Below, one piece after another: positions 10,033 through 20,555 of a stretch of DNA of 64,000 nt. A program made the translations under genes and the position numbers. Source of the stretch: Candidatus Limnocylindria bacterium (GTDB taxonomy: Bacteria; Chloroflexota; Limnocylindria; Limnocylindrales; CSP1-4); the NCBI GenBank assembly GCA_041484785.1, contig JBGPIH010000001.1, positions 7,258 to 71,257 on the forward strand. Reading direction: 5' to 3'. Below the pieces are notes generated by a model, which was given only the letters and a program-made list of their open reading frames with translations, was not told the DNA's origin and searched no databases. The first letter of the stretch is position 1. Every line of letters starts with the position of its first letter.

Positions 10033-10707
10033 TCAGGAGCCCAGGATCGCGGCGACCCGCTGTTCCATTTGATCGCGGCTCAACGGCCCGAAATTCCGAT
10101 CGCGAATCGCACCTTGGCGGTCGATGAAGTAATGCGTCGGGAGCCCGAACACGCTGTACGCTTCGCTGATCGCGCCGGTCTCGTCCAGCCCGATCCGGTA
10201 GGTCAGGCCGAACTTCCGCGCGTATTCGCGGACCACGTCGGCCGGCTCCTCGATGTCGACAGCGACCATGACGAGGCCGTCCTGCCCGTGGGCGTCGTAT
10301 GTCGCCCGCAGGTCGGGCGTCTCGCGCTGGCAGGGTGGACACCAGGTTGCCCAGAAGACGACCCACACCGGTCGGCCGCGCAGGTCGGCGAGTGCGATCG
10401 GGCGACCGTCGAGGTCAGTCAGTCGGACGTCCTGGCCACCCGATCGTCCGACGAAGTCGGGCGCTGGCTTACCGACATCGAGGCCGGCCGAGCCGCTGCC
10501 CAGGACGTAGAAGCTGGCTCCTGGATCGGACGTCGCATCCACTGCCCCGCCCCCGATCGGGCGGGTCGCGAGAAACAGGACGAGCGCGATGGCGACGAGA
10601 CCGCCGTTGACGATGGCGATACGGCGAATGGGCGAGACGCGGATGAGCCGCGGATTCGTCGGATCCGGTCGGCCGTCCGGCTCGAGGCGAGGGGTGATGT
10701 CGGTCAT
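10033..10707 (-). CDS. TlpA/ResA-like thiol-disulfide oxidoreductase
   Basis: Signal anchor plus WATWCPPCQRE thioredoxin motif. ATG at 10707. Sits immediately upstream of resB on the same strand. Confidence 0.75.
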   Translation of the reverse strand: MTDITPRLEPDGRPDPTNPRLIRVSPIRRIAIVNGGLVAIALVLFLATRPIGGGAVDATSDPGASFYVLGSGSAGLDVGKPAPDFVGRSGGQDVRLTDLDGRPIALADLRGRPVWVVFWATWCPPCQRETPDLRATYDAHGQDGLVMVAVDIEEPADVVREYARKFGLTYRIGLDETGAISEAYSVFGLPTHYFIDRQGAIRDRNFGPLSRDQMEQRVAAILGS

Positions 10708-10777
10708 GAAGTTCTCGGAATTGAAAGCGTCATTCTCGTACGCTACAGGAGTGTAGTAGCCAAGAGGAGTTGGGCGG

Positions 10778-11437
10778 TTGAGGGCTCGATTGGTTAGCCC
10801 TGTCACCGCAGCCGCGGTCGCTGGCGCCACGGTCAGCATCGCGCTGCTCGTTGCCCTTGTTCTGACATGGCCCGTTCCCGGTTCTTCGCCGGCCACACCA
10901 TCAGGCGCAGGCCTCCCCACCGAGACGCCGAGCGCTCGATCGATGCCAGCATCGTTCGCGGCCCAGTCGTCAGCTGTACTGCCCACTGTGCGGCCGTCAC
11001 CGGCCTCGATCGGCCTCAACGTAGGTGACCGCGCACCTGAATTCGAGTTGCCTGGCCTCGACGGCACGAGCCCCCGACTCTCCGACTATCGCGGCCACCC
11101 GGTCTGGATCAACTTCTGGGCGTCGTGGTGCCCGCCATGCCGGACCGAGATGCCGCGGATCGAGGGCCTCTACCTGGAGCACAAACAGGACGGCCTCGTC
11201 GTCCTGGGTGTCGCGGTCCATGACTCGGACGCGGCGATCCGCGCATTCGTCGCCGAGGTCGGCGCGACCTATCCGATCCTGCTCGATCCGGACGGTCGGG
11301 TCGCGGCCGCGTACGGGGCGGTCGCCCTCCCCGTCTCGTTCTGGCTCGATCGTGACGGCATCATCCGCGACTGGATCATCGGCGAGGCGCCGCCCGACAT
11401 CATGACGTCAGCCCTCGACAAGATCCTGTCGCGCTGA
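10778..11437 (+). CDS. TlpA-like thioredoxin-family protein (second paralog, divergent orientation)
   Basis: Signal anchor; WASWCPPCRTEMP motif. Confidence 0.75.
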   Translation: MRARLVSPVTAAAVAGATVSIALLVALVLTWPVPGSSPATPSGAGLPTETPSARSMPASFAAQSSAVLPTVRPSPASIGLNVGDRAPEFELPGLDGTSPRLSDYRGHPVWINFWASWCPPCRTEMPRIEGLYLEHKQDGLVVLGVAVHDSDAAIRAFVAEVGATYPILLDPDGRVAAAYGAVALPVSFWLDRDGIIRDWIIGEAPPDIMTSALDKILSR

Positions 11438-11459
11438 ACCCGGACTCGACGCCGTCCGC

Positions 11460-12155
11460 TCAGACGATCCCGAAGTTGAATAGCCCCGCCAGCCGGGCGA
11501 AGGCGCCCGTGAAGACGAGCACGCCGACCACCGTCACCAGCCCACCCGTCACGATGTCGACCGCTCTGCGATGCGTCGCCAGCCAGCGCGCCAGACGGCC
11601 GAACCGGCGGTATGCGAGGAGCACGAGCAGGAAGGGCACGGCGAGCCCCAGCGCATAGGCGACGAGGAGGAGAGTGCCGACCGCGGCCGACGGCCCGGAG
11701 ACGGCCATCGTGAGGATCGCCCCAAGCGTCGGACCGATGCATGGCGTCCAGCCCACGGCCACGCCGGCGCCCAGGAGCAAGGGCGCGCCGGTGCGTGCCG
11801 GGTGGATCCAGCGCGCGAGCCCGAGCATCGGGTGGCGACCGGCGATCATGAACAGCCCCATCGCAACGATCAGGGCCCCCGTGACCTGCCGCAGGACCGG
11901 GACCGCCTGGAGAAGCGCGAACCCGACGAGTCCGAGCGACGCCCAGAGCACGACGAAGACGCCCAGGAAGCCGACGAGAAAGCCGAGCGCGCGCCACGTC
12001 GTGCCGCCGGCCAGACCCGGCGACGGCGCGCCGCCGGCGACCGCCCACTGCGGGGAGCCGCCCGCGACGTAGCCGGCGAAGACCGGGATGACCGGCAGGA
12101 CGCACGGCGAGATGCACGAGACGAGCCCGGCCAGGAAGGCCAAGGCGAGGGTCAT
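11460..12155 (-). CDS. ccdA: Cytochrome c-type biogenesis protein CcdA (DsbD-like TM reductant transporter)
   Basis: MTLALAFLAGLVSCISPCVLPVIP... plus second Cys motif GWTPCIGP. ATGA overlap with the ccmH stop at 12152..12155. The ORF-track entry 11460..13397 is an upstream extension artefact. Confidence 0.8.
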   Translation of the reverse strand: MTLALAFLAGLVSCISPCVLPVIPVFAGYVAGGSPQWAVAGGAPSPGLAGGTTWRALGFLVGFLGVFVVLWASLGLVGFALLQAVPVLRQVTGALIVAMGLFMIAGRHPMLGLARWIHPARTGAPLLLGAGVAVGWTPCIGPTLGAILTMAVSGPSAAVGTLLLVAYALGLAVPFLLVLLAYRRFGRLARWLATHRRAVDIVTGGLVTVVGVLVFTGAFARLAGLFNFGIV

Positions 12156-13159
12156 GGCGAGCTGCTCGGCGTTGCGCCAGCGAGGAGCTGGTCCGCGAGC
12201 GTGCGGCGCGGGTCGTTGGGGGCGAGTTCGAGGAACCGGAGGGCGTCGGCGCGGGCGTCCGCGGTCAGTGAGCCGGCCAGCTGGTAGCGCGCGATCGCCC
12301 GGTACAGATACGCGTCGGGCAGGTCCGGCGCGATCGCGACGGCTCGGTCGAGGAGCGTGAGCGCTCCGTCGGGTCGACCGGCGCCCAACAGGAGCGAGCT
12401 CAGGCCGACGAGCGCCCCGATATCGTCCGGCTCGACCTTCAGGGCCCGCCCGTAGGCGTCGGCCGCGTCCCCGGCCCGACCGGCCACGGCGTATGCGTCG
12501 CCGAGGGCGACGAGCGCGCCCACATCGGTTGGGTTGGTGGTCACTCGCGCCTGGAGATCGTCGATCGGCGCCGCCGCCTGGGTCGTCGCCTGGCCACCCG
12601 TGATCTGGCCGCCTAGCGCGCGCGGTCCGACCGCGACGGCCAGCGGGATGGCGACCGCCGCGATGACGATCCCGAACACGGCCGCCAGGGCGAGCGGACG
12701 CGGTCGCTCGCTGGCGACCTTCTCGACGGCCTCGACCGGGGCACGCACCCCGCGCCGGCGGGTTCTTGTGACAACGACGGCCGCCCCGCCGAGGAGGAGC
12801 AGGCCCGGCGCCGCCCAGAGAAGCAGGTTCGCACCGACGGCGTCGGGTACGAGCAGGATCCACTGCCCGTATCGCTCCACGAAGTAGGCGCGGATATCGG
12901 CGTCGCCCGCGCCGGCGGCCACCTGCTCGGCCACGACACTCCGCATCTCGCCCGCGAGCGTGGCTGGCGAATCGGCGATCGAGAGGCCCTGGCAGACCGG
13001 GCAGCGCAGCTCCGACTCGAGCCGGCGCGCCCGGTCGTCGGCACCCTCCGGCCGGAGACCGAGGGCCGATAGGAGTGCCGCGACGACCACGAGAAGGACC
13101 GCCCCGACGAGCAGCGCGTCGGCCGGTAGGCGGAGCGCGGCCCGACGCCGTGCCGTCAC
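12152..13159 (-). CDS. ccmH: CcmH/CcmI-like cytochrome c maturation protein with TPR repeats
   Basis: LRCPVCQGLSIADSPA...IRAYFVERYG CcmH motif followed by TPR-like repeats. GTG start at 13159 overlaps the ccmG stop (GTGA). Confidence 0.7.
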   Translation of the reverse strand: MTARRRAALRLPADALLVGAVLLVVVAALLSALGLRPEGADDRARRLESELRCPVCQGLSIADSPATLAGEMRSVVAEQVAAGAGDADIRAYFVERYGQWILLVPDAVGANLLLWAAPGLLLLGGAAVVVTRTRRRGVRAPVEAVEKVASERPRPLALAAVFGIVIAAVAIPLAVAVGPRALGGQITGGQATTQAAAPIDDLQARVTTNPTDVGALVALGDAYAVAGRAGDAADAYGRALKVEPDDIGALVGLSSLLLGAGRPDGALTLLDRAVAIAPDLPDAYLYRAIARYQLAGSLTADARADALRFLELAPNDPRRTLADQLLAGATPSSSP

Positions 13160-13704
13160 CGGAGCGCCTCCTGGATCTGGCGCTCGAGGGAGGCGGCGTC
13201 GAGCGGTCCGATCTGCTTGGCCCGGATCGTGCCATCGGCGGCGATGAAGTACGTTTCGGGGATCCCGTACACGCCGTAGTCGAGCGCCGTTCGGCCGTCG
13301 GGGTCGAGCAGCGACGGATAGGCGATCCCATAGCGATCGACGAAGGCCTGCGCGCTCGCAGGGCTGTCCTGGTAGACGATGCCGAGGAACGCGACATCGC
13401 GTGCGGCGTAGCGCTCCTGCGCCGCCCGCAGCAGCGGTGCCTCGTCGCGGCAGGGGATGCACCACGATGCCCAGAAGTTCAGCAGGACCGGACGTCCGCG
13501 AAGGGTGGCGAGGTCGACCGTCGCGCCGGCGAGCGAGACGAGCCGGAATTCCGGCGCGACGCGACCGACGAGCGGCGACTCGATGCGGCTCGGATCGCGG
13601 GTGAAGCCGACGGCAATGAGCGCGATGGCGCCGATGAGCAGGATCCCGGCGATCGCCGACGCCACGAGGCGCGTTCGCGAGGGTCGAATGACGGCTGCGC
13701 TCAC
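13156..13704 (-). CDS. ccmG: CcmG/DsbE thiol-disulfide oxidoreductase
   Basis: [15 protein letters not shown] motif. GTG start overlapping the ccmF stop (GTGA at 13701..13704). Confidence 0.8.
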   Translation of the reverse strand: MSAAVIRPSRTRLVASAIAGILLIGAIALIAVGFTRDPSRIESPLVGRVAPEFRLVSLAGATVDLATLRGRPVLLNFWASWCIPCRDEAPLLRAAQERYAARDVAFLGIVYQDSPASAQAFVDRYGIAYPSLLDPDGRTALDYGVYGIPETYFIAADGTIRAKQIGPLDAASLERQIQEALR

Positions 13705-15671
13705 GTCGAGGTCTCGGCCGGCACGCCCTCCGGCTCGGCGACCGCGGCCCGACGCGACTGCCCGATCAGACGCGGGGCGAGGGCCAGCAGACCACCGACC
13801 GCCACGAGGAGCCCGCCGACCCACAGCCAGCTCATGAAGGGTTGCACGGTCAAACGCAGCGAGGCCGTGCCGACCACCGGGTCGACATCGAGCAGAACGA
13901 TGTAGACGTCGATGGTCGGGCCCGGGACGATCGCCGGGGTTGCGATCGCCTGCGAAGAGGTCGCGAAGAGGCTCAACGCGGGCGCGGCAGTCTGCTCGAG
14001 GCCGGGCCCATCAATCCGGACCGCAGCCTGGACGATCGAACGGTCGGTCTGGGTTTCGCGGGAGATCGAGATCAGCTGGACGCGGTACTCGCCGAGGTCG
14101 AGCGTCTGCCCGTCACGCAGGATCGCCGAAGCCTCCTGCCGCCCCGCCGCCGCGGCGACGATGACGAGCGCGACGAGCGCGATCCCGGCGTGGCTGAGCA
14201 TCGCCCCGACTCGCCGGGGTGGCCACCCGAGCCGCGATCCGCGACGCGTCCGGACAGCTAAGGGCCGTCTGCCGCGAGCGAGATCGAACAGGTAGCTCAC
14301 CGACTGGACGAACGCGAACCCCCCGATCGCGATCCCGAGGATGAGCTCGGGCGGGCCACCGACCAGGAGATCGCCGGTCGCGAGGACCGCGCCGGCAATC
14401 GCGCCCGGAACGAGGCGCCGCCGAGACGCACGCGTCCAGGTGCCCCATGGCAGTGACGGCCCGACGCCCAACAACACGAGCAGCCCGAGGGCGATCGGCC
14501 CGATCACCCGCTCGAAGTACGGCGCCCCAACGCTGACCTGACGACCCGTGGCCGCCTCGACGAACAACGGGAACAGCGTTCCCACCAGGACGGTTGCGGC
14601 GACAGCGACCAGCAGCAGGTTATTCACGAGAAACGCCACGCCACGTGCACCGAGCGGGCCTCCGGCGGGGGCCGCGGGAAGGCGCCAGACGGCGAGCAGG
14701 ACCGAGCCCGTGACGACCCCACCGACGAGCACCAGGAAGAGTGGTCCGATGGGAGTGTTCGTGAAGGCGTGGACGGACGAGAGGATCCCGCTCCGGGTGA
14801 TGAGCGTGGCGAGAAGGGTCAGCGAGAACGAGGCGACGACGAGGGCGACGTTCCAGGCGGTGAGCGACCCTCGCCGCTCCTGGACCATCGCCGAGTGGAG
14901 GAAGGCCGTCGCCGTCAGCCAGGGCAGCAGGGCGACGTTCTCGACCGGATCCCAGGCCCAATAGCCGCCCCAGCCGAGGACCGCATACGACCACCACGCC
15001 CCGAGCACCAGTCCGGCAGTCAATGCGATCCAGGCACCGAGCGTCCAGCGCCGCGTGGCCGCCAGCCACACCCGGTCGAGGTCGCCACGAACGAGCGCCG
15101 AGATCGTCAGCGCGAACGGGACCGCCAGTCCGACGAGGCCGAGATAGAGAAGCGGCGGGTGGACGGCCATCAGGGGGTGGTTCTGCAGGAGCGGATTGGG
15201 CCCCGGGCCATCCGTGGGAACGGGCGAGACACGTCCCCACGGGTTGCCGGGGCCGACGACAATGGCGAGGAAGAATGCGAGTAGCCCGAACAGGACGGCC
15301 AGGGCCGGCGGAAGTCGGTCCTGGCTGGGGGCAGGCGTTCGGAGGACGAGCAGCGCTGCCAACGAGGCCAGGAGCCCTGCCCAGAACAGGATCGAGCCCT
15401 CGAGCGCACCCCAGAGCGAGGCGATCGTGTAGAGCAGGGGCGTCTCCCGGCTTCCAACCTGGGCGACGTAGTCGACCGAAAAGTCGTGGCCGACAAGCCC
15501 CAGGATCATGATCACGTTCGCCGCGACCGCGAGCCCGGCGACCGCAAATGCGAACCACCGGAGGCTCGGATCGAAGCGGCCTGATCGAAGCGAGCGGATC
15601 GCGGCGACAACGCCGACGACCGCCAGACCCAAGGCGGTGACGCTGGCCGTGAGCCCGGCGACGCTGATCAT
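13701..15671 (-). CDS. ccmF: Cytochrome c heme lyase subunit CcmF
   Basis: [15 protein letters not shown] motif, ~15 TM, 656 aa. Confidence 0.85.
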   Translation of the reverse strand: MISVAGLTASVTALGLAVVGVVAAIRSLRSGRFDPSLRWFAFAVAGLAVAANVIMILGLVGHDFSVDYVAQVGSRETPLLYTIASLWGALEGSILFWAGLLASLAALLVLRTPAPSQDRLPPALAVLFGLLAFFLAIVVGPGNPWGRVSPVPTDGPGPNPLLQNHPLMAVHPPLLYLGLVGLAVPFALTISALVRGDLDRVWLAATRRWTLGAWIALTAGLVLGAWWSYAVLGWGGYWAWDPVENVALLPWLTATAFLHSAMVQERRGSLTAWNVALVVASFSLTLLATLITRSGILSSVHAFTNTPIGPLFLVLVGGVVTGSVLLAVWRLPAAPAGGPLGARGVAFLVNNLLLVAVAATVLVGTLFPLFVEAATGRQVSVGAPYFERVIGPIALGLLVLLGVGPSLPWGTWTRASRRRLVPGAIAGAVLATGDLLVGGPPELILGIAIGGFAFVQSVSYLFDLARGRRPLAVRTRRGSRLGWPPRRVGAMLSHAGIALVALVIVAAAAGRQEASAILRDGQTLDLGEYRVQLISISRETQTDRSIVQAAVRIDGPGLEQTAAPALSLFATSSQAIATPAIVPGPTIDVYIVLLDVDPVVGTASLRLTVQPFMSWLWVGGLLVAVGGLLALAPRLIGQSRRAAVAEPEGVPAETST

Positions 15672-16099
15672 CCGCCGCCCCGGATCTGCTGAAGGATGTC
15701 GGGCGGGATCGTCTCGCCCGGCCTGAGCGGCTCGTACACCGCGGAGTGCTTGATCAGGATCTCATCGGCCGAGAACGCGCCGGGCGCAGTCGAGCGGCCG
15801 ACGAGGACGACGCCGATGCTGTCCCGAAAGAGAGCCGTCGGCAGAAAACGGCTCGTCACGGCGTCGGTGGTCTGGCCATCCGAGATCCGGAACGAGAGGA
15901 TGCTTGTCAATCGGTCGTAGCTGACCGAGCCAGGGACGACGATCCCGTACAGACGAACCGCGCCATCGACCGGCTTTGCGGCGAGCTCGGTCGGCGTCAT
16001 GTAGTAGACGACGGCGTTCGTGACTGCGAGGCCACCGAGCGCAAGGAGCGCCGCCAGGACCAATCCGAGCCCGAGGAGCGTCGCCGGCCGGAGGCGCAT
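15668..16099 (-). CDS. ccmE: Heme chaperone CcmE
   Basis: Membrane anchor plus the conserved heme-binding His in ILIKHSAVYEP. ATG at 16099 shares one base with the ccmD stop (TGATG). The ORF track starts at an in-frame GTG at 16102. Confidence 0.8.
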   Translation of the reverse strand: MRLRPATLLGLGLVLAALLALGGLAVTNAVVYYMTPTELAAKPVDGAVRLYGIVVPGSVSYDRLTSILSFRISDGQTTDAVTSRFLPTALFRDSIGVVLVGRSTAPGAFSADEILIKHSAVYEPLRPGETIPPDILQQIRGGG

Positions 16100-16269
16100 C
16101 ACAGAACCTGCGGCTGGGTCCGTGTCTCCGTCTCGGCGGTCCGCCGTACGTCGATCGCCGCACGGGCCGAGCGCGCCGCGCGGAGGCGGCGGACGAGCAT
16201 CGCCGCGTACGCGCCGATCGCACCGAGCGCCGCGAGGTAGGCGCCCGCGACAAAGACGGTGTCGCTCAC
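16099..16269 (-). CDS. ccmD: CcmD-like small membrane protein (56 aa)
   Basis: Not in the ORF track. Found by translating the ccmC-ccmE gap: GTG-SDTVFVAGAYLAALGAIGAYAAMLVRRLRAARSARAAIDVRRTAETETRTQPQVL is a single TM followed by a basic tail. GTGA overlap with the ccmC stop; stop shares one base with the ccmE ATG. Confidence 0.6.
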   Translation of the reverse strand: MSDTVFVAGAYLAALGAIGAYAAMLVRRLRAARSARAAIDVRRTAETETRTQPQVL

Positions 16270-16949
16270 GACGGCATGAGAAGCGCTAGCTCGGCCTCAT
16301 CGCGCGCCCGCTCCAGCTCGAGCCGCCGGTTCAGCAGGTACAGGAAGAGCAGCGTGTAGGCGAGGACGCTGGCCAGCAGCTCCCCGAGCAGTAGGTGGTC
16401 GATGGTGGGATCGCCCGGTTGGATGATCGTCGGCGGTTGGTGCAGGCTCCGCCACCAGGTCACGGAGAAATGGACGATGGGAACGTTCGCGAAGCCCACG
16501 ATCCCGATGACCGCGCCGGCGCGTGCTCGACGAACCCGGTCGACAATCGATCCGCGGATGAGGATGTAACCCGCATAAATCACGAAGAGCAGAGCTGTCG
16601 TGGTGAGGCGTGGATCCCAATCCCACCAGATGCCCCACGTGGCCTTGCCCCAGATCGCACCGGTCACGATCGCCACGCCGGTAAAGACGAGGCCGACCTC
16701 GGCGGCGGACGCCGCCAGCCGATCGGCGCCGAGTTCGCGTCGCCAGAGGTACCGAACGCTCGCCGTGAACGTGACGAAGAAGGCGAGATAGGCGATCCAC
16801 GCCGACGGGACGTGCACGTACATGATCCGCTGCACCTGACCCTGCAGCCGGTCAGGCGGGACCACGAACAGCCCGACGGCCACCACCCCAAGGACGGCCG
16901 CGAAGGCGACCAGAGCGGGCGGCGCGAGCAGACGTCGCAGGACGATCAT
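16266..16949 (-). CDS. ccmC: Heme exporter protein CcmC
   Basis: WGIWWDWDPRLT WWD motif; 227 aa starting at ATG 16949. The ORF-track entry extends spuriously to 17450. Confidence 0.85.
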   Translation of the reverse strand: MIVLRRLLAPPALVAFAAVLGVVAVGLFVVPPDRLQGQVQRIMYVHVPSAWIAYLAFFVTFTASVRYLWRRELGADRLAASAAEVGLVFTGVAIVTGAIWGKATWGIWWDWDPRLTTTALLFVIYAGYILIRGSIVDRVRRARAGAVIGIVGFANVPIVHFSVTWWRSLHQPPTIIQPGDPTIDHLLLGELLASVLAYTLLFLYLLNRRLELERARDEAELALLMPS

Positions 16950-17617
16950 TCGAGGGCCACCCCGGATTCGTAGACGAGCAGGCCGAGCCCGGCAAAGAGG
17001 GCAGCCTGGGCACCCAGCAACGCAAACCACGGTAGGGCACTGTCCAGCCGGCCCTCGATGAGCGCCGCCGTGGCCTGAGACGCCGCGAGCAGCGTCGGCG
17101 CGAGGAGTGGCAGCAGAGTCACCGGCAGGAGCAGGATTCGCTGGCTGCTGACCCCGACCACCCCAGTCACCAGACCCGTCGCGCTGGCGAGGGCGAGGCA
17201 GGCGAGCCCGGCGAGCGGGACGAGCGCGATCGCCGCAGGCGACGGCTCCACGTTGAGGAGCACGACCGCCGCGCCGAGGAGCGCGAGCGTGATCGTCCAG
17301 AGGACCGCCGTCAGCGCCAGGACCTTGCCGGCGAAGATCGCCCGACGGTCGTCGACCGACAGCCACAGCACCGAGAACGCATCGTCCGTCCGGTCGATGC
17401 GGTCGAGCCGCTCGCCGACCGCGATCGCGGCGTAGACGACCGACAACCACGCGAGGCCGGGCGCGATCGCGCGGAGACGCGCCGTGTCGGGACCGGCCGC
17501 GAGCCCGGTCACGACGAGCCCGACGAGCCCGAGCGTGAGCGCTCCCGTGATCGAGGCCGGTGAGCGCAGCTCGATCCGGAGATCCTTTGTCGCGAGCGCG
17601 AGGACGTCAGCCAGCAT
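16946..17617 (-). CDS. ccmB: Heme exporter permease CcmB
   Basis: Six predicted TM helices typical of CcmB. ATGA overlap with the ccmC start. Confidence 0.75.
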   Translation of the reverse strand: MLADVLALATKDLRIELRSPASITGALTLGLVGLVVTGLAAGPDTARLRAIAPGLAWLSVVYAAIAVGERLDRIDRTDDAFSVLWLSVDDRRAIFAGKVLALTAVLWTITLALLGAAVVLLNVEPSPAAIALVPLAGLACLALASATGLVTGVVGVSSQRILLLPVTLLPLLAPTLLAASQATAALIEGRLDSALPWFALLGAQAALFAGLGLLVYESGVALE

Positions 17618-18290
17618 CGATCTGTTCGAGCCAACCCGCAGATGGCGGTAACGAACGCAAGACGTGGCCGTCGGCCAGCGCGACGGTGTGCCCCGCCTTG
17701 GCGCGGAGGCGTGCGTCGGACGGAGCGGCCACGACGACGAGGCGACCGGCTTGCGTCGCCTCGTCGATCAGTTTCAGGACGGCGGTGACACCGGCCTCGT
17801 CGAGGGCGGCAAGAGGTTCGTCGAGGAGAATGGCATCTGGGTCGGACGCGAACGCTCGCGCCAGGCTGATGCGCCGCCGCATTCCGGCCGAGAGCCGGCC
17901 ACACGGTTCGCCGGCCACGGAGGCCGCGCCGATCCTCTCGAGTAGTGCCAATGCGTCAGTCGGGTCGGTGCGGCAGAGCCTTGCCGACAGCGTCAGATGC
18001 TCGAAGGGCGTGAGCCCGTCGTAGAGACCCGACGCGTGTCCGACGTGGGCGACCCGCGGTCGCGATGAACGGGGACCCCCCGCCCAGCGAACCTCTCCTG
18101 CCGTTGGCGAGGTCAGGCCGGCGGCGATCCGGAGGAACGTCGACTTGCCGGATCCGTTGGCTCCCTGCACGAGAACGAGCTGTCCCGCGCTTGCCTCGAG
18201 ATCGACCTGCCAGAGCGCCACGGTCGTCCCGAACAGCTTTGAGACGCGGCGCAGCTCAAGGCGAAGATCGGCGGGCGGAACGTGGGGCAT
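17607..18290 (-). CDS. ccmA: Heme exporter ATPase CcmA (ABC)
   Basis: Walker A GANGSGKST, LSAGMRRR signature, Walker B ILLDEP. Confidence 0.8.
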   Translation of the reverse strand: MPHVPPADLRLELRRVSKLFGTTVALWQVDLEASAGQLVLVQGANGSGKSTFLRIAAGLTSPTAGEVRWAGGPRSSRPRVAHVGHASGLYDGLTPFEHLTLSARLCRTDPTDALALLERIGAASVAGEPCGRLSAGMRRRISLARAFASDPDAILLDEPLAALDEAGVTAVLKLIDEATQAGRLVVVAAPSDARLRAKAGHTVALADGHVLRSLPPSAGWLEQIDAG

Positions 18291-18412
18291 CGTGCAATCG
18301 AGCCTCGTTGGTACGACGTGGCCGTAGTATACGGTCGGCCTGCTCGAAGACCTTCGGGTCCGCTTCGAGACCGCTTCGCGGTCGCTCTCCGTTGGCTACC
18401 GCGGTCAAGCGT

Positions 18413-19165
18413 TCAGGCGAACGGCGACAGACCGCTCACGTGGCATGCGAGGGCGACAATGGCGACGGCTGCCACGGGCAACCATTCATACGGGAGGCGC
18501 GGGTCGTCCTTGAGCTCCGTTCCGTCCGCGAGGGCGACGAGGGTGCGGAGGCGCCGAGCCGACACTGTGCCAAATGAAGTCCCAAGTGCGAAGCTCGAGT
18601 CGGTCTTGACCAGCGCACTCGCAAGGGCGGATGGGTCCGCGCCGCGCCGCAGCGCTGCTGCATCGGCCTCCTCCTCGAGATCGGTCAGGCGGTCGAGCAG
18701 GCCTCGCCGGGCCGGCCCGACGCGACCGAGCAGCGTCAGCCATGCCTCCAGCGCCACAGCGCGCAGCGGCGCCAGGGTTCGCCGGTGGTGCTCCTCGTGG
18801 AGGAGGACCGCGCGCAGCTCGTGGGCGTCGAGGCGTTGCATCAGCTCGTCACCGAGATAGATCTGCGGCCTGATCACGCCCAGCACGAATGCGCGCCGGC
18901 CACCGCCCTGGACGATCCGGCATGCCACGCCCTCTGGAACGTCGGGCGCGGATCGCGCATTCAATGCGCGGGCGAGACGCCGCCCCTGTAGTACAGCCCG
19001 AAGCCCGACTGCGCTCCAGATCGTCAGGACCCCGAGGCTGAATGCTTCGAGTCCCAGCATCGGATCGCCAGGCGACGTCCGTGCGGCGGCCAGGCAAATG
19101 ACGGCCACCGCAGCGCCCAACGTGGCCACGATGACCGCGGGTCGCATCTGGCGAATGCTCGTCAT
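18413..19165 (-). CDS. M56-family (BlaR1-like) membrane metallopeptidase, short form
   Basis: HEEHH zinc motif (HExxH) inside a TM protein. Immediately downstream of the BlaI/CopY-family repressor with a 4-nt overlap. Confidence 0.65.
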   Translation of the reverse strand: MTSIRQMRPAVIVATLGAAVAVICLAAARTSPGDPMLGLEAFSLGVLTIWSAVGLRAVLQGRRLARALNARSAPDVPEGVACRIVQGGGRRAFVLGVIRPQIYLGDELMQRLDAHELRAVLLHEEHHRRTLAPLRAVALEAWLTLLGRVGPARRGLLDRLTDLEEEADAAALRRGADPSALASALVKTDSSFALGTSFGTVSARRLRTLVALADGTELKDDPRLPYEWLPVAAVAIVALACHVSGLSPFA

Positions 19166-19581
19166 GATCGACGTCTCGCCAACGCGAGAATCTGACCTCG
19201 GAGCTCAGGGTCGGCGTCAGCCAACCGCGCGGCGAACTGCCGCAGGGCCGAGGTCCCGTAGCGATCCAGGAGATCGTCGACCGCCCGTGCGCTCATGCTC
19301 TCCAGCAGGGCACGCTCGTCGCTCACGGGCCGGTACATGAATTGGCGCCCGCGCTTCTCGCGCTCGAGCAGCCCTCGCTCGAACAGCCGGACCAGGATCG
19401 TCATCGCCGTGGTGTACGCGAGCGGTCGGTCACGCTCGGCGTTCAGCGCGTCAACAACGGTTGACACGCTCGACTCGCCCTGAGTCCAAACGACGCGCAT
19501 GACCGCGGCGCCAAGGGGCCCGAGGACATCTTCAATCGCAGGGTCGCGGGGTTCTCTCTGATCGTCGGTGGTGCGGGACAT
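19162..19581 (-). CDS. BlaI/MecI/CopY-family transcriptional repressor
   Basis: Winged-helix N-terminus (VMRVVWTQGESSVSTVVDALN...AYTTAMTILVRLFERGLL). ATG at 19581. The track ORF extends upstream to 19731. Confidence 0.7.
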   Translation of the reverse strand: MSRTTDDQREPRDPAIEDVLGPLGAAVMRVVWTQGESSVSTVVDALNAERDRPLAYTTAMTILVRLFERGLLEREKRGRQFMYRPVSDERALLESMSARAVDDLLDRYGTSALRQFAARLADADPELRGQILALARRRS

Positions 19582-19643
19582 CGCGACAAGGCTAGCAGAC
19601 CATTTGGTCAGCGGAGTGCGATCTACGACGCGCGGGTAGTACA

Positions 19644-19667
19644 GTCGGGCCGGTATCGCGGCCCGAC
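19644..19667. repeat. Perfect 9-bp inverted repeat GTCGGGCCG-N6-CGGCCCGAC in the blaI/copY to response-regulator divergent intergenic region
   Basis: Read directly. Lies ~65 nt upstream of the repressor start. Candidate operator or leader hairpin. Confidence 0.4.
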
Positions 19668-19874
19668 GACGATCTCTCAGGCGACATTCAGCTGGCGTTA
19701 AGGTTCGTCGGCGAGATTGGGGCATACTCATTCCAGAGCTTGAGGTTCATTCATGCGGCTCCCGTCTCAACACCCGAGCCAGGCTCCGAGCCCCACCATG
19801 GCGTCGGACATGACCGAGATGCTCGGGATGAGCTCGATGCCCGAGATCACCAGCTGATGGAGGTCTGAGCCGTC

Positions 19875-20555
19875 ATGAGCGAGGCGACCCGTGTCCTCGT
19901 CATCGACGACGATCCGAAGATCCGGACGGTCGTCCGTCGCGGCCTTGCCTATGAGGGCTACCGCGTGGTCGAGGCGGCCTCGGGCGAGGAGGGCCTGGAG
20001 AAGGCCCGCGAGCATCTGCCTGACCTCGTGGTCCTCGACATCATGATGCCCGGCATCGACGGTCTCGAGGTGACCCGTCGGCTGCGCGCTGCCGGTGACG
20101 AGGTGGCGATCCTCATGCTGACGGCGCGCGACGAGGTCAAGGACCGGGTCGAAGGGCTGGAGAACGGTGCCGACGATTACCTCGTCAAACCGTTCAGCTT
20201 CGAGGAGCTCCTCGCCCGTGTTCACGCGCTGCTCCGTCGCCGGGCCGCTCCGTCAGGCGAGGTGCTGCGGTTTGCCGACCTCGCGCTCGATGTCGACGCA
20301 CGCGAGGCGAGCCGGGCAGGGCGAACGATCGACTTGACGACGACCGAGTTCAGCCTGCTGCTGCTGCTGCTGCGCCACCCGCGCAAGGTGCTGACCCGCG
20401 ACGTGATCATGGAGCACGTCTGGTCGTATGACTTCGAGGGCGAGTCGAACGTCCTCGAGGTCTACGTTCGGTACCTGCGCAACAAGCTCGAGGCCAGTGG
20501 CGAGCCCCGCCTCATCCACACGATCCGCGGCGCGGGCTACGTCCTCAAAGAGTGA
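19875..20555 (+). CDS. OmpR-family response regulator (TCS 1)
   Basis: REC domain ([11 protein letters not shown]...[14 protein letters not shown]) plus winged-helix C-terminus. Confidence 0.9.
   Translation: MSEATRVLVIDDDPKIRTVVRRGLAYEGYRVVEAASGEEGLEKAREHLPDLVVLDIMMPGIDGLEVTRRLRAAGDEVAILMLTARDEVKDRVEGLENGADDYLVKPFSFEELLARVHALLRRRAAPSGEVLRFADLALDVDAREASRAGRTIDLTTTEFSLLLLLLRHPRKVLTRDVIMEHVWSYDFEGESNVLEVYVRYLRNKLEASGEPRLIHTIRGAGYVLKE

Noticed and set aside
11460-13397. 645-aa ORF containing ccdA at its C-terminus
   Set aside because: The upstream 410 aa are Arg/Pro/Gly junk in the frame overlapping ccmH and ccmG on the same strand. ccdA starts at ATG 12155, coupled to the ccmH stop.
16266-17450. 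394-aa ORF containing ccmC
   Set aside because: The N-terminal 167 aa overlap ccmB in another frame and are Arg-rich. The true ccmC start ATG at 16949 is coupled to the ccmB stop.
19767-20225. 152-aa reverse ORF
   Set aside because: Antisense of response regulator 1, which has clear REC and wHTH motifs.
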